Shown here piece by piece: positions 11,401-20,212 of a stretch of 64,000 bases of DNA. A program made the translations under genes and the position numbers. Where the stretch lies: sequence record ON287370.1; one strand, given 5' to 3'. The notes beneath the pieces were generated by a model. It made no database searches, had not been told where the DNA came from, and was given only the letters and a program-made list of their open reading frames with translations. Each line of letters begins with the position of its first letter. Position 1 is the stretch's first letter.

Positions 11401-14400
11401 GTGAGATCAAATTAGTCTTCAGGGTTCCAAACTCTCCTAAACCTGGTGTGGAGAACCTGGACTGGACTGCATTGTATCTTGACTGTAAATTTATTTACAA
11501 ACCACTTTTGATTACAGGTATTAACAATAACCTGAAAGGTGGTAACGGTGACAAAGGGACATTGCCATTAACGGTTAAACTCAACGATAAGAATATTCCT
11601 ATCAATGACGCTAACTTGAAATACACCATGGTCCCAGATGACATCATTAAAGTAACTGGTAGCACCACAACCGGTTATACTTATGAAGTCATTACACCTC
11701 TAGATGCTGAATTAGGTAAACTCGAAATCAAATTCTCGCTTGAGTATAAAGATCCTGCAACTGGGTTTACCCATAAAGGTGAATTCACTCAACCATTTGA
11801 AATCGTTAAGCCTGCCGATTATCCAGTCATCACACCAATTCGTGTTTCTGTTGCGCCATTTAACAGGGTAGGTGGATCGACTATATTCAAGATTACCGTT
11901 AGTGGTGTTGATGTAGTCAGTCAATGTAAACCTATTAGTATCACTCCTGTTAATAGTGCTGATGAAGGTGTCCTCGTTCTTGCTGGTGATGAAGCAAATG
12001 ACAATGCTTGGATGTGGTGTACCGATTACCATATAGGGAATCCTCCTTCCGCTGAGATAAAAACTACGTGGGTGATTGAGGTTCCATTCCGTGGCGGTAC
12101 TATACAAGTACCCGATGTTGTGCTTCCTACTTTGGTCGCTAGTTCAACTTCACACGCTGTCTGGATTCAAGGGACAGGTGCACCAAACCCATTCCCTCTG
12201 GGTGATGGTTACGAAGATGAAATTAGATTCAAGATTACCAACCGTGGTTTACCAACCACTAAAGTAACCCTTGATGAAGCAGCCGGTAGTTATGGTCCTT
12301 ATTTCGAGGTCATATCTGTTGAGCCTGATGGCGATGAGATGGTCTTGAAGTATAAAGGTAAATCTTCATTCTTCGCTAAGTTCAATTTCTATTGGAAAGT
12401 CGAAGGTTATGATGGAACCAACGACACTCAACAAAGAGGGGTTGTGCAGTTAAACGCATACCAAATCCCTTCTATTGAAAGTGTCACTGACCCACTGTCA
12501 TTGAAGATCTTCCAGCAATTCGAATTACCATTTAAAGTAATGGCCGGTACAACTGACATTACTAAACTGTGTACTTGGACTGCTATCGATACTGATTACA
12601 TTGAGATATTCAGACCGATCAATACTCAATTGGGTCCATCTGGTCAGGTTGTTAAAGCTGATACCACCGAAGTTAAGAAGGAAGTAATCTTCACTATTCA
12701 GTCTCCTGCTAGTCATGGTAATTTAACATTGACTCAAAAGGTCAATATTATTATTGCTGCTTGGGACCAAATAGAGTTTTATGGTATTCCCACCACTGGA
12801 TTTGTTAAACAGGATGATGGGTTAGTGGTTCCAATACCTTTCACCAATACCTGGAATGCAGTAATCGTTCAAGCGATGATGATGAATAAGGCACGACCTA
12901 ATGCCGGTGGTGTTTCTAGTCTGTCTGATTTCTTGAAAATTACATCTTCAGATCCAGATGCTGTAACACAAACCAGTCAGCTTTCTGATGGGAATGGCGT
13001 CACATCTAGAATCACACCTAATAAAGCTGGTAAGTTCCCAGGTACTATGGTACTACGGTATAAAGGAAATGCCGCGGAAGCCAGTGTACCTAATGGATAT
13101 CCAGCAGGGACTGAAGGTAAGAACCAAAGTACCATTGATGTGACTTGGTATGTCTTTGAAGACAAAATTACCTTTAGAGAAGGATTTGAGCCGAAACCGC
13201 TGATCATTCCAAATGGTAGTACTGCAGTTATTGATGTTCCTTTCGATGCTGTATGGGGACTCAGACAGGTTATGATCAACTCAACTGCTGAGGTTAACTT
13301 TGTTGGCTTGTCTCACGATACTGGTATAGCTTCCCTATTTGGTCAGAACAACACCACAGGAACTAACCGCTTTAACTGGGATAAGGACAGATACAAAATT
13401 CAACCAGCAAAAATAACTGTCGGTGAAAGTGATGTTACAAGTTACTATACTTTCAACATCCAATGGATTAACCCTATAAATAAGAAGAACTACAGTTTCT
13501 CTTATGACCAGCCAATTATCTTTAAAGGTAAAGAGGGTGCCAAAGATCCAGTGTTGACTGTGACTGATGTTCAAGAAGTTACAACTGACGTCTGGAAGAA
13601 ACAAACTGGTTTACCTTTCAAACTGGCTATTGATGGTGTTAACTATCCTATCGATACTAGCACGGTGACAAGTGTTAAAGTTGCTGATGCTGATAAAGCA
13701 TGGTTGGAAGCAGGTCCTAAACTGACTGATGGTTATCGTGTAATTGATGGTGATCCAGAACCTTCAGTTAAGGAAGGTACTTTCATTCTTACTGTGGTGC
13801 AAGGTCCTCGCACCTGGGAAATTGAACAGAAAGTTAAATTCAATATCTCGGCTTACGATGGTAATTCCCTGAGGATGAATATCAGGTTACCTAACTCCTT
13901 CAATAATGGTGTAGCAATTCCTGTTAATACGAATGCCTTGATTATGTTCGAAGGTACATTCCAAGGAGTGGCTCTCACCAATAACTATAACAAGCTCTCT
14001 TACTGGCCAGCTAAGTCCTCTCAGACTCAGATAGAAGTTTACGGTCAGACCTTCCAACAGATGTACTATCAGTTAAGTGCTAAAGGTATTCTGGATTCTC
14101 AGGATTCTGAACAAGCAACTTACTGTATAGGGTTCAAGGAAAAAGAGAACGATCCAAATGCCAAAGAAGGTGTGGATTATGTTATTCTCACCATTCCTAC
14201 CTACTGCTATAACCCTAACCGGTTCTATCCAGTAACTTGGGACCCAGTGATTGAAGGTATGGCTGGTACCAACCTCAAGTATAAATGGAACTTCACATTG
14301 AGGAGAGGTATTGTAGCCAGCAAGTTAGGAAGTGGTACTAATGCCGCTAGTAGCACCGATATTAAACCGGCTGGGGTACTCAATAGAACAGGGTTTAGTG

Positions 14401-15542
14401 ATAACCAACTTGAATACGCCTTCGCTAGTGAAATTGATGTAGCCACTAAAGAAACTGACATGACCATTATGATCGGTAATACCAGTGACTTTGATACAAT
14501 GGCTGCTAGATTCCCTGTGAAAGCTATTCAGCACACTAATGTCCCATTCCCTACAATCAAAGATCCGCAAACCGAACTCACTGTTCACTACAATGATTCT
14601 GGTGCTGTTCCATTCAAAGTAGATTGGAAAGGTACCGATGTAACAGATCAGATTAGTGCTGTGAGAATCTCTGATAACTCTTATATAGAGATCAAAGATA
14701 AACAATGGCATGTTAAACATGCTGACCCTCAGACTGTCAAAGTGATGCCTACCATTGACGCCGACATCGTTCTTGATAGTGTGACGTTTACCTTGAAACA
14801 ACAGGTGACCTTCACTGTACTGGGGTATAATGGTAAGCAGATCAATGTTGAAGCAGGGTTCGCTCTGTTGATGGTTGATGAAGTAGGTTACCTTGAAATC
14901 AAAGGTGATTATAGTGGTGATCCATTATCAGGTAATGTCATCTTCGATGCAGTTAATAGTGACAATGGTGGAATTGTGACCTTCGGGGCATATGAATTTA
15001 CCACCAATGAATCTATGGTAATCAAGTTGACAGGTAAAGCTCCTGGTGAAGATGGTGTTAGAATCAGAATCAAATCTGTTCATGATACCGGTAACGGCAA
15101 CATCGGTTCTGACTATGTGGATCTGTATCCTAAAGTAACAGTTCTTCCTAAGGAACTGACTCCAGCAGCTCGATTCGAAACTACTGGTGAAGGTAACTAT
15201 TGGGAACCACCTGTATTAGGTCAGGCTGTAATGCTCGGTGACAAACCACTTGCTAACACTGATTCAGATCTGATCATTGAGATCTTGGATTATCCTGACG
15301 TCACCATCAGAACACTTTCCTCAGCAACTGTTGGGTATTCATTCACTAACAATAGTGATACTGAAATTAAACATCAGTTTAAACAGAAGTTCACTTATAA
15401 AGGAAGAAGTGAATATGTTGTAGACATCACGTTAACCCAGTTGCCTTCACCGACAACTCCGTTCGTGACTGATATAACGCAGATTGATGCCGAGTATGGT
15501 AAATCTTACTTGGCACCATTCAAAGTAATTTCTCCTCGTTAA
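5421..15542 (+). CDS. Giant (~3,370 aa) modular fibre/adhesin-like virion protein with tandem Ig-like repeats
   Basis: The ORF track starts at TTG 5403, but AGGAG at 5409 fits ATG 5421 better. At least 8 copies of a module ([W/F]-x4-5-PF-x4-G-x-D-[IV]-T ... W-x-V ... F-x-I-A-x-[WY]-D) alternate with variable domains. Confidence 0.75.
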   Translation: MAEQIKINKKCINDPLYTPVERFLKERIKRLEVEGPEDELALAKERYTGLVAGDLVIENPVAFPDGITRVCFTARKTGFARVDVDITRVQMKDILEDFAVPMIEIEDLDNLKAYVKANKVDHALLWCKWLNNYGVLVSQEEAKTISGPMAAFGELFFSEYVTERESLTFIDYDTLESGTVKITDASFGTGTYPLFIYELVLDEANVPGITSNLPESITTQRGKDFSIPNTYWFNTTIDITHEAQIEISTGSGYTIPKRSEDGNFILGETIYGSAEKEVHDEIFVRVTYMWQNRPVKKTFKINVIIEKDNELDLTFEIDPPTVTAPSGSDVIVKIKAFYKGKEVKITAPPSQMLQQGNFGPLKFTGHDTDGSMIYEGHLSTNFPNTVEQVGGLYTAEFTYNEGDVTSKAPAYVNVILTRPETAPKFEIRSFPAVIRGYKNDKGLLTVGAFYNNEPISPTDLQIKTGVKGDKGLIEYNSVDQLGVNYTLIKDANKPGQEIQDVYDQRFAWIAPTGVRYTITRQVTVIVAQVSTVEVVPLYPNPIEVKKYQFGGYPFKLLVNGADVTGGISGYQFEDPGEYITHKKGSDVQWIVTKTPGADEESTVTKVPFKFRYTVDGVWRDFTFEQNFRVLPWNPDTGEGGNTDTVAVPANVKIEGLSDSTGYFEFQVYHLADDITDRAVVMKDKLITPKGIRFDSFSYIPETNVIRANYTKLDPTTEPGKVYIQRPGVDDPKTGDIAIVSITTDVKQSRVLVLSDYDKDTTVEVAGSPELAHITLMFAGKVVPLTDVNLSYKRLDETDIRFVDIKDDGIEVVNNIWEYIGETRQSGVDLEYTYTDPLDGNKTKVRFTLPVFTVYPEMRLENAPATIDAAIWDTGTLPYNIIAGKTNWNGAVTSITPIGTSKYIAFNVFNWEVIWAEKEATTITVPLEIKWTVGQAKNRKFITEVTFNLAAWDQITFGGQLDTKSITKDSRVEGSITGNFVYKGKPADDDVVLDKAMSTIPETFIMGVSAPVENKGVVVGYTTTRGGKYLMTLIYRHVPSNLTMSFDIPTDIAWPHELNLVNITKSISGVWESEQTIDLVYNFDGIPLTLNDPKLKLTATSGTGEPVELVKVNDESLTIKLAKGGEQDTDYDYEFKIHVEYTDPTGKLWTNDNTVPVKIHIPGVKIGANPSFNVKVWERGVVGITLVDDQGRKVPIEKLTPRGTNPYITFTEPDNWYVTSGSQTNSITTTLRLSAQYSMGGNTYTLDTESTFTIAKYDGKKLVITEGPKELSGKAGTPGVMKFRFTYAGDPAKNLTVDLAKSTIPKNITLGEITPDGDLPYTLLGQATDTLTITFVRENATNPPVVNDDYVTTTVKVTTTSSDEVFTVESKTPAITIPWMETGTIVLALKYGEYPILGNTPGLKYSLVDNGKPHGIRIVGGTADGVIIQATRSNVSEALTVYPEDIKVTYEVGAPTPKEGTISSKVSIQMGKVGITNNDPIKGKIWDLGSFGQGIKMGDKVLSPIQGYKTTQPENEWIEFIAPRGWEIINAEKTPSTKTVGMQVLYKVDEVEEVQVLDFDASFEIQGSDDPTRFKCTVSPSNLEGAVDVESKLKVRPIYKGKQVGAAATFKPELSTFPKSLKYVSHSMAGVDFELVFEGVEAGLGEMELVFWSPAAGTDPAPRDVWKGKVPTKIMGELGVEIADRDNLLIGKDGDTGEYKLQILFGGIPIDAKQEIANGALKITVEKGEGSSPNAGVLTVTDWNAESFNYSLKGVVAPGREVTVSDFMNITYTYGGNNFTRRVEIPEKYTSAPVAIVPVTPKACKMFETSQIGITSAKCGDLNLLTPSLPSPAESGWMNCELDEEQPNGYITVSVKNFTVVNADVTAKSLTLKMIYNGIYRNWTWKGEAEVVFNIAPWDQKTFIAHFMRGNPSKPIAGDRIALALEMPMNDESILFETQTIFKDRVSFNDMDTLDYLDTDLKGVLELNKSSPLGSTGDSDNRRRYFGQAVGPYEGEIKLVFRVPNSPKPGVENLDWTALYLDCKFIYKPLLITGINNNLKGGNGDKGTLPLTVKLNDKNIPINDANLKYTMVPDDIIKVTGSTTTGYTYEVITPLDAELGKLEIKFSLEYKDPATGFTHKGEFTQPFEIVKPADYPVITPIRVSVAPFNRVGGSTIFKITVSGVDVVSQCKPISITPVNSADEGVLVLAGDEANDNAWMWCTDYHIGNPPSAEIKTTWVIEVPFRGGTIQVPDVVLPTLVASSTSHAVWIQGTGAPNPFPLGDGYEDEIRFKITNRGLPTTKVTLDEAAGSYGPYFEVISVEPDGDEMVLKYKGKSSFFAKFNFYWKVEGYDGTNDTQQRGVVQLNAYQIPSIESVTDPLSLKIFQQFELPFKVMAGTTDITKLCTWTAIDTDYIEIFRPINTQLGPSGQVVKADTTEVKKEVIFTIQSPASHGNLTLTQKVNIIIAAWDQIEFYGIPTTGFVKQDDGLVVPIPFTNTWNAVIVQAMMMNKARPNAGGVSSLSDFLKITSSDPDAVTQTSQLSDGNGVTSRITPNKAGKFPGTMVLRYKGNAAEASVPNGYPAGTEGKNQSTIDVTWYVFEDKITFREGFEPKPLIIPNGSTAVIDVPFDAVWGLRQVMINSTAEVNFVGLSHDTGIASLFGQNNTTGTNRFNWDKDRYKIQPAKITVGESDVTSYYTFNIQWINPINKKNYSFSYDQPIIFKGKEGAKDPVLTVTDVQEVTTDVWKKQTGLPFKLAIDGVNYPIDTSTVTSVKVADADKAWLEAGPKLTDGYRVIDGDPEPSVKEGTFILTVVQGPRTWEIEQKVKFNISAYDGNSLRMNIRLPNSFNNGVAIPVNTNALIMFEGTFQGVALTNNYNKLSYWPAKSSQTQIEVYGQTFQQMYYQLSAKGILDSQDSEQATYCIGFKEKENDPNAKEGVDYVILTIPTYCYNPNRFYPVTWDPVIEGMAGTNLKYKWNFTLRRGIVASKLGSGTNAASSTDIKPAGVLNRTGFSDNQLEYAFASEIDVATKETDMTIMIGNTSDFDTMAARFPVKAIQHTNVPFPTIKDPQTELTVHYNDSGAVPFKVDWKGTDVTDQISAVRISDNSYIEIKDKQWHVKHADPQTVKVMPTIDADIVLDSVTFTLKQQVTFTVLGYNGKQINVEAGFALLMVDEVGYLEIKGDYSGDPLSGNVIFDAVNSDNGGIVTFGAYEFTTNESMVIKLTGKAPGEDGVRIRIKSVHDTGNGNIGSDYVDLYPKVTVLPKELTPAARFETTGEGNYWEPPVLGQAVMLGDKPLANTDSDLIIEILDYPDVTIRTLSSATVGYSFTNNSDTEIKHQFKQKFTYKGRSEYVVDITLTQLPSPTTPFVTDITQIDAEYGKSYLAPFKVISPR

Positions 15543-15562
15543 TACTAATAGGGCCAATAACC

Positions 15563-18500
15563 GTGAATAACAAACAGTCATCTGTAGTTCCATTCAAGGT
15601 TAGAAGCGCTCAAACTGGTACTGACATTACTGAGAATATCAAGTTAACGTCTGTTGAATCTAAGGGGACTTCGGTCCCCTTTTTCAAGGCTAATGACAAT
15701 GATACTTTTACAGTGATCAATGCTGATCAAAATGAAGACAAATTGATCGATGCAGTATTTAAGTTTGACGTAACTGACTTAAACAAGACCTACTCCCTGC
15801 AAGCAGAGAGTAAGGTCAATGTGAAGAAGTATGCACCTGGTACTTTTGAAGCAAAAGTACTTACTAATAATGGATTGTTCTTAAATGGTGTTGTAAAACA
15901 ACAGCGGTATTTTGATTACGTGGCTAAATACCAAGGACAGGAATTACCCAATACCGAATTTTTATTTTTATCAGGATCCAATGTATTTAACGGTTATGCT
16001 TCTTTTGATAAAGAAGAAAATCTTCCGGATGGTAAGACTAACCGTGTTTACTACACACCACTGTATGAAGCAAATGGTAACACGATAGACTTTAAAATAC
16101 TTCGCAAAAATGCTTCTGATAGTACGCTGGTAGGTGATGGTAATTGCATTGTCCCAATGAGGGCGATCTTTGCTAAAAACGCATCCGGATCATTAAACGC
16201 ATTTTTCCCTAACACTTCAGATGCTGGTGTGGTGGGACCTCTAAATGCGATTGTGAGAATTTATCCGATCGTTACTTGGAATGGGAATGTGGTTCCTCTT
16301 AATTCTCCGGCTCTAAAAATTGCTAAACTAGATAAAACAACAGTCACCCCAAATCAATCGGGCGCAAGTAAATTCGATATACTTGGGACAACTGAAACTT
16401 ATATCGAGTGCAAGATAACTTCCGTGGAACCAACTCCAGGTAGAAATCCTGGGTTTACATGGAGACTTACGTATGGAAATGTCGACTTAGATTTAAATGG
16501 GTCCAATGTTTTACTTAAAGATGGTATTCTTGACCCCATAGAACTAACCAATCTAAAGCCCTTAAATCCGAATGCCCTGCAAAAATTAACATTCACTGCG
16601 TCTTTATCTAAAACTGCAGAATGGTCGGCATTTTTATCAGTTAGTGGTGCCGTCTTTGCTTCAGGTAGTTTGATTATACGCAGTAAAAATAATTCAGCTA
16701 TTATCTCCAGTGCCGATATCAGTGGGCTCACCCCTGACCAAGTGGGTCGATATATAAAGGAACTAACGACACCGGGGGTTGAATCAATTGTAACTGTATC
16801 TGGGGTAATGGACTGTTACCGCATCCGTGGTTCAGAAAACATGGCTGGTACAACACCCATGGCAATCAAACCTTTGGTCATTGAAATCGCTGAAGGTAAG
16901 TATATTTCTTATGCGATGCCGGCTGAGAAGCTGAATAATACTGGCGATAACTACGTCATCATTGGTATTAAAGAAGAGAACCAAGATAAGTTCTCTGGTG
17001 CTTCTGTAACTAACTTCAAAGCGACCGGTGCTCTTGATAAAGCTTCAGCTCCTAGTCTGAATGCTGATGGTAGTTTTGCCATCAACATCATGGGTAATAA
17101 AAATAACGGTGAGGTTTTAGTTACTGCTGATATCGTTGGCCCTGCGCCTGAAGGTAGAACTTACAAATATAGTAAGACCTTGATGGTTAGTGGTAATGAC
17201 CAAGTTGTTATTACACCTAAAACGGTACCTGTTAAAGTCTGGGATAGCCTAAGTGAAGTTCCATTTACTGTAACTTCTAGCGGTACTGATGTTACTTCTC
17301 AGATTCGTAATCTGAAATTGGTAGCTAACGAATATATCAAAGAAGATCCTGAAAATCCTGGACATTGGGTTGTTGATACAGCCCCTACAGCAGGTGCTTC
17401 TAAATCAACCTTCTTTACATTTGAAGTTAATGTAACGGGTAACTGGAAACCTAAAGTGGCTTATGGTATTTATCAGATCGCTGCTTGGTCTGGTAAAGTT
17501 CTAGAGGTTGAATCTGATGGGATCATAGGGGCCAGCAAATTAAAAGAGACCAGTTACGTAGTTAAACCCAAATATAAGAAAGAACCAATTGCTGATAAAA
17601 TAGAAATTGTTCTTCCTAGTAATGCTGGGTTCACAGTAGTTAAAACAACACCTTCAGAAGACAATACTGAACTTACAGTAACCGTTAAGGCGACTACCAC
17701 CACGGGTAGTAAAGATGTTTATAACTCAATTACCGTCATTAAAGGTATTGGTTATAAACTTAAAAATAGCCAGGGGACTACTGAAAATGTAGATATTGTA
17801 CATCTAGATAGTAAATTATTCTCCAATGAAGACTATTTGGCACTTTATGGTAGCATAGAAAAAGTTGGTGGTCCATATGGGGCTTTAGGTGCATTTGCCG
17901 CTACGTCGGGAGTATCTGAAATTTATGTCTTTATTAATGGTGATAGAATATCCCTAAATGACTATAAATTATCAGCTTATTTCTTAGATAATGGTGCTAA
18001 CATTACTAGTCCATCCATTAAAGCTAATGCGTTTAGTTATATAGGAGGGGAGGACACGACCCTATATGTTAGAATAACTAAACCAAAATTGAACATTACT
18101 GATACGGCTCACCAATATTATTCACCATGGGCGATGATATATGGTGATGGTGGGGTAAATGATCAATATAAATGCGTAACCAAAAATAACTTTTGGGTTA
18201 ACCCGACTACCACAACAGAAACTCCTTTACTAACTTTACATGAACCTAGTGAAGTAAAGCCAGGAGTAGAAAATATTATCAGGTGTAGAGTTTCTAACAG
18301 TGGTACGCTATTAGAAAATATGAACCTAGTAACGGGTAAATTGGTCCCTATCCCTGAAAATTGTATCGATCTTACCAAAGAGTACTCCATCTCTCTTGAC
18401 CCCAATGACAGTAAATACTTGATTATTAAGTTTACTGCAGGAACTATTGGTGGTAATGTCTATGTCAGGGGTGGTGTAAGTGCTAGTGGTGTTTCGGGCA

Positions 18501-20197
18501 TACCTGTATTATCGGATGGTCTGACAATACCCAAACCTACACTTGTTACTAGTTTAATTGATAATGGGTTTAATGGCATTAATGGGGCCGAAACTGAGAT
18601 TAAGTTTAAAGTAACCTCGGTCGATAAACCTATCACTGGCGCCACTGTTAATGGTAACCTGTTTACTCCAGCAGGGACTGTGAATCAAGCCAAGAACTTT
18701 AAAGAGATTGGTGAAGGTGTTTATAGTCTTGTAGTTGTTGGTAAAGGTATCCAAGGGGAAGGTTCTGTTAAGTTCACTCTAACCAGTGGTGAAGTAATAA
18801 GTGAGGTCACATTAACTCCACTTAATGCGACTATCGACTCCAGTAAGTTCAAACTCACTTTTGATCAAACAGAGATCTCAGGTAAGAAAGGCGATCAGAT
18901 TAAAATAACCGGTAAATTGGTAAATGGTGAAACCAACTATAACCTGGATGATTCTGGTGTTGTTTGGTCCTTTGATCCTACCGATGTTGTTGCAATCACT
19001 ATGAGAGATAAAACAGCCATCACGCTGGAGATAAGTCAGGAAATTCCTTATGATAAAACCACGATGGTTAAGATTAAAGCCAATGTGGGTGGGATGACCA
19101 CTGAAGCTCCACTGGATGTTAAAACTCTGGGTGTTCTAGTTGTAACCAAAACTGATCCTACAGTGAGTGTATGGGATAGGAGTGATGTTCCACCACTTAA
19201 GTTTATGTTGGGTGATAAGGATGTAACTGCTACTGTTGACTCTATTAGTTTCGTAGAAACTAATTTGGTTAACCACAATGGACTGAAAGGTGGTTATCAG
19301 ATCATCTCTGATAAAGCAATCCCTCAGACCAAACAGGATGTGGAGTATACCTATAAGTACACTGCTGATTCTGAAGAGGTTAAAGTTACCGTTCCATTTA
19401 CTATCAATAGTTACGATGGTAAAGAGTTGGTAATCACTCATCGGTATGGTGATGTATCTAAAGGACCTAACGGGGAATTTCTAACCTATACTGGTGGATA
19501 TGCTCCGGTTTACTTCTCCGGTAAATTGAAAGGTATCCCGGTTGGTGAGCTTACTGTGACCCAGTTAAGCGGTGCTCAATATGTTAAACCTGACACTACT
19601 CCACTTGGTTATAATAGCACTACTAAAGAAACCACTTACCGATTTAGCGGTAATGCAAGCAATACCGTAGTTAATGGTACGATGTCGCTGAAGGTTAAAA
19701 TTAAGTCAGCCACTGGCGATGTGGAAGGTATTGACTATGTAGTTGACATGATGGGAATCACGGTCATCAAGGATGAAGAAACCCTGTATGCTTCACAACC
19801 TGATCCTTACGTATTTAAAGGTAAGTTTGGTGATGAACAGTTGACTAAGTTAATTGTCTACTATGGTAAGACTCAAGTTCCTTTAACTGACTCTAAACTG
19901 GTTGTTGGTCCCACCAATGACTCTAAAGTTACTGTAGTTGCTAACTCACTCAGTAAGGATTCTCTGAAGTTACAATTCACCAGTGACACAGATGCTGAAA
20001 TACCTAATACTGGATTTAGTATTTCATTGAAATACACCAATCCAAGTAATGTGGTTAAAACAGCGAATGCAAGTATGGTTTATAATCAACTTCCTCGCTA
20101 TCAGCAACTGACTTTAGGTGAAGGTTTCCAGACGACAGGTGAAGGTGATATAGAGACACCAGTAACTCTGAAACAATTCGTACTTAAACCAGAATAA
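15563..20197 (+). CDS. 1,544-aa modular fibre/adhesin-like virion protein
   Basis: GTG start. It carries the same repeat module as the upstream giant (VPFKV...GTDIT; KVWDSLSEVPF...IAAWSG; VWDRSDVPP...INSYDG) plus an invasin/Big_1-like domain. Confidence 0.7.
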   Translation: MNNKQSSVVPFKVRSAQTGTDITENIKLTSVESKGTSVPFFKANDNDTFTVINADQNEDKLIDAVFKFDVTDLNKTYSLQAESKVNVKKYAPGTFEAKVLTNNGLFLNGVVKQQRYFDYVAKYQGQELPNTEFLFLSGSNVFNGYASFDKEENLPDGKTNRVYYTPLYEANGNTIDFKILRKNASDSTLVGDGNCIVPMRAIFAKNASGSLNAFFPNTSDAGVVGPLNAIVRIYPIVTWNGNVVPLNSPALKIAKLDKTTVTPNQSGASKFDILGTTETYIECKITSVEPTPGRNPGFTWRLTYGNVDLDLNGSNVLLKDGILDPIELTNLKPLNPNALQKLTFTASLSKTAEWSAFLSVSGAVFASGSLIIRSKNNSAIISSADISGLTPDQVGRYIKELTTPGVESIVTVSGVMDCYRIRGSENMAGTTPMAIKPLVIEIAEGKYISYAMPAEKLNNTGDNYVIIGIKEENQDKFSGASVTNFKATGALDKASAPSLNADGSFAINIMGNKNNGEVLVTADIVGPAPEGRTYKYSKTLMVSGNDQVVITPKTVPVKVWDSLSEVPFTVTSSGTDVTSQIRNLKLVANEYIKEDPENPGHWVVDTAPTAGASKSTFFTFEVNVTGNWKPKVAYGIYQIAAWSGKVLEVESDGIIGASKLKETSYVVKPKYKKEPIADKIEIVLPSNAGFTVVKTTPSEDNTELTVTVKATTTTGSKDVYNSITVIKGIGYKLKNSQGTTENVDIVHLDSKLFSNEDYLALYGSIEKVGGPYGALGAFAATSGVSEIYVFINGDRISLNDYKLSAYFLDNGANITSPSIKANAFSYIGGEDTTLYVRITKPKLNITDTAHQYYSPWAMIYGDGGVNDQYKCVTKNNFWVNPTTTTETPLLTLHEPSEVKPGVENIIRCRVSNSGTLLENMNLVTGKLVPIPENCIDLTKEYSISLDPNDSKYLIIKFTAGTIGGNVYVRGGVSASGVSGIPVLSDGLTIPKPTLVTSLIDNGFNGINGAETEIKFKVTSVDKPITGATVNGNLFTPAGTVNQAKNFKEIGEGVYSLVVVGKGIQGEGSVKFTLTSGEVISEVTLTPLNATIDSSKFKLTFDQTEISGKKGDQIKITGKLVNGETNYNLDDSGVVWSFDPTDVVAITMRDKTAITLEISQEIPYDKTTMVKIKANVGGMTTEAPLDVKTLGVLVVTKTDPTVSVWDRSDVPPLKFMLGDKDVTATVDSISFVETNLVNHNGLKGGYQIISDKAIPQTKQDVEYTYKYTADSEEVKVTVPFTINSYDGKELVITHRYGDVSKGPNGEFLTYTGGYAPVYFSGKLKGIPVGELTVTQLSGAQYVKPDTTPLGYNSTTKETTYRFSGNASNTVVNGTMSLKVKIKSATGDVEGIDYVVDMMGITVIKDEETLYASQPDPYVFKGKFGDEQLTKLIVYYGKTQVPLTDSKLVVGPTNDSKVTVVANSLSKDSLKLQFTSDTDAEIPNTGFSISLKYTNPSNVVKTANASMVYNQLPRYQQLTLGEGFQTTGEGDIETPVTLKQFVLKPE

Positions 20198-20212
20198 GGA
20201 ATAGTCCTAACC

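Noticed and set aside
15503-15542. Programmed -1 ribosomal frameshift as the fusion mechanism at junction 1
   Set aside because: The overlap is open, but there is no X XXY YYZ slippery heptamer and no obvious downstream stimulatory structure. It is kept only as an untested possibility.
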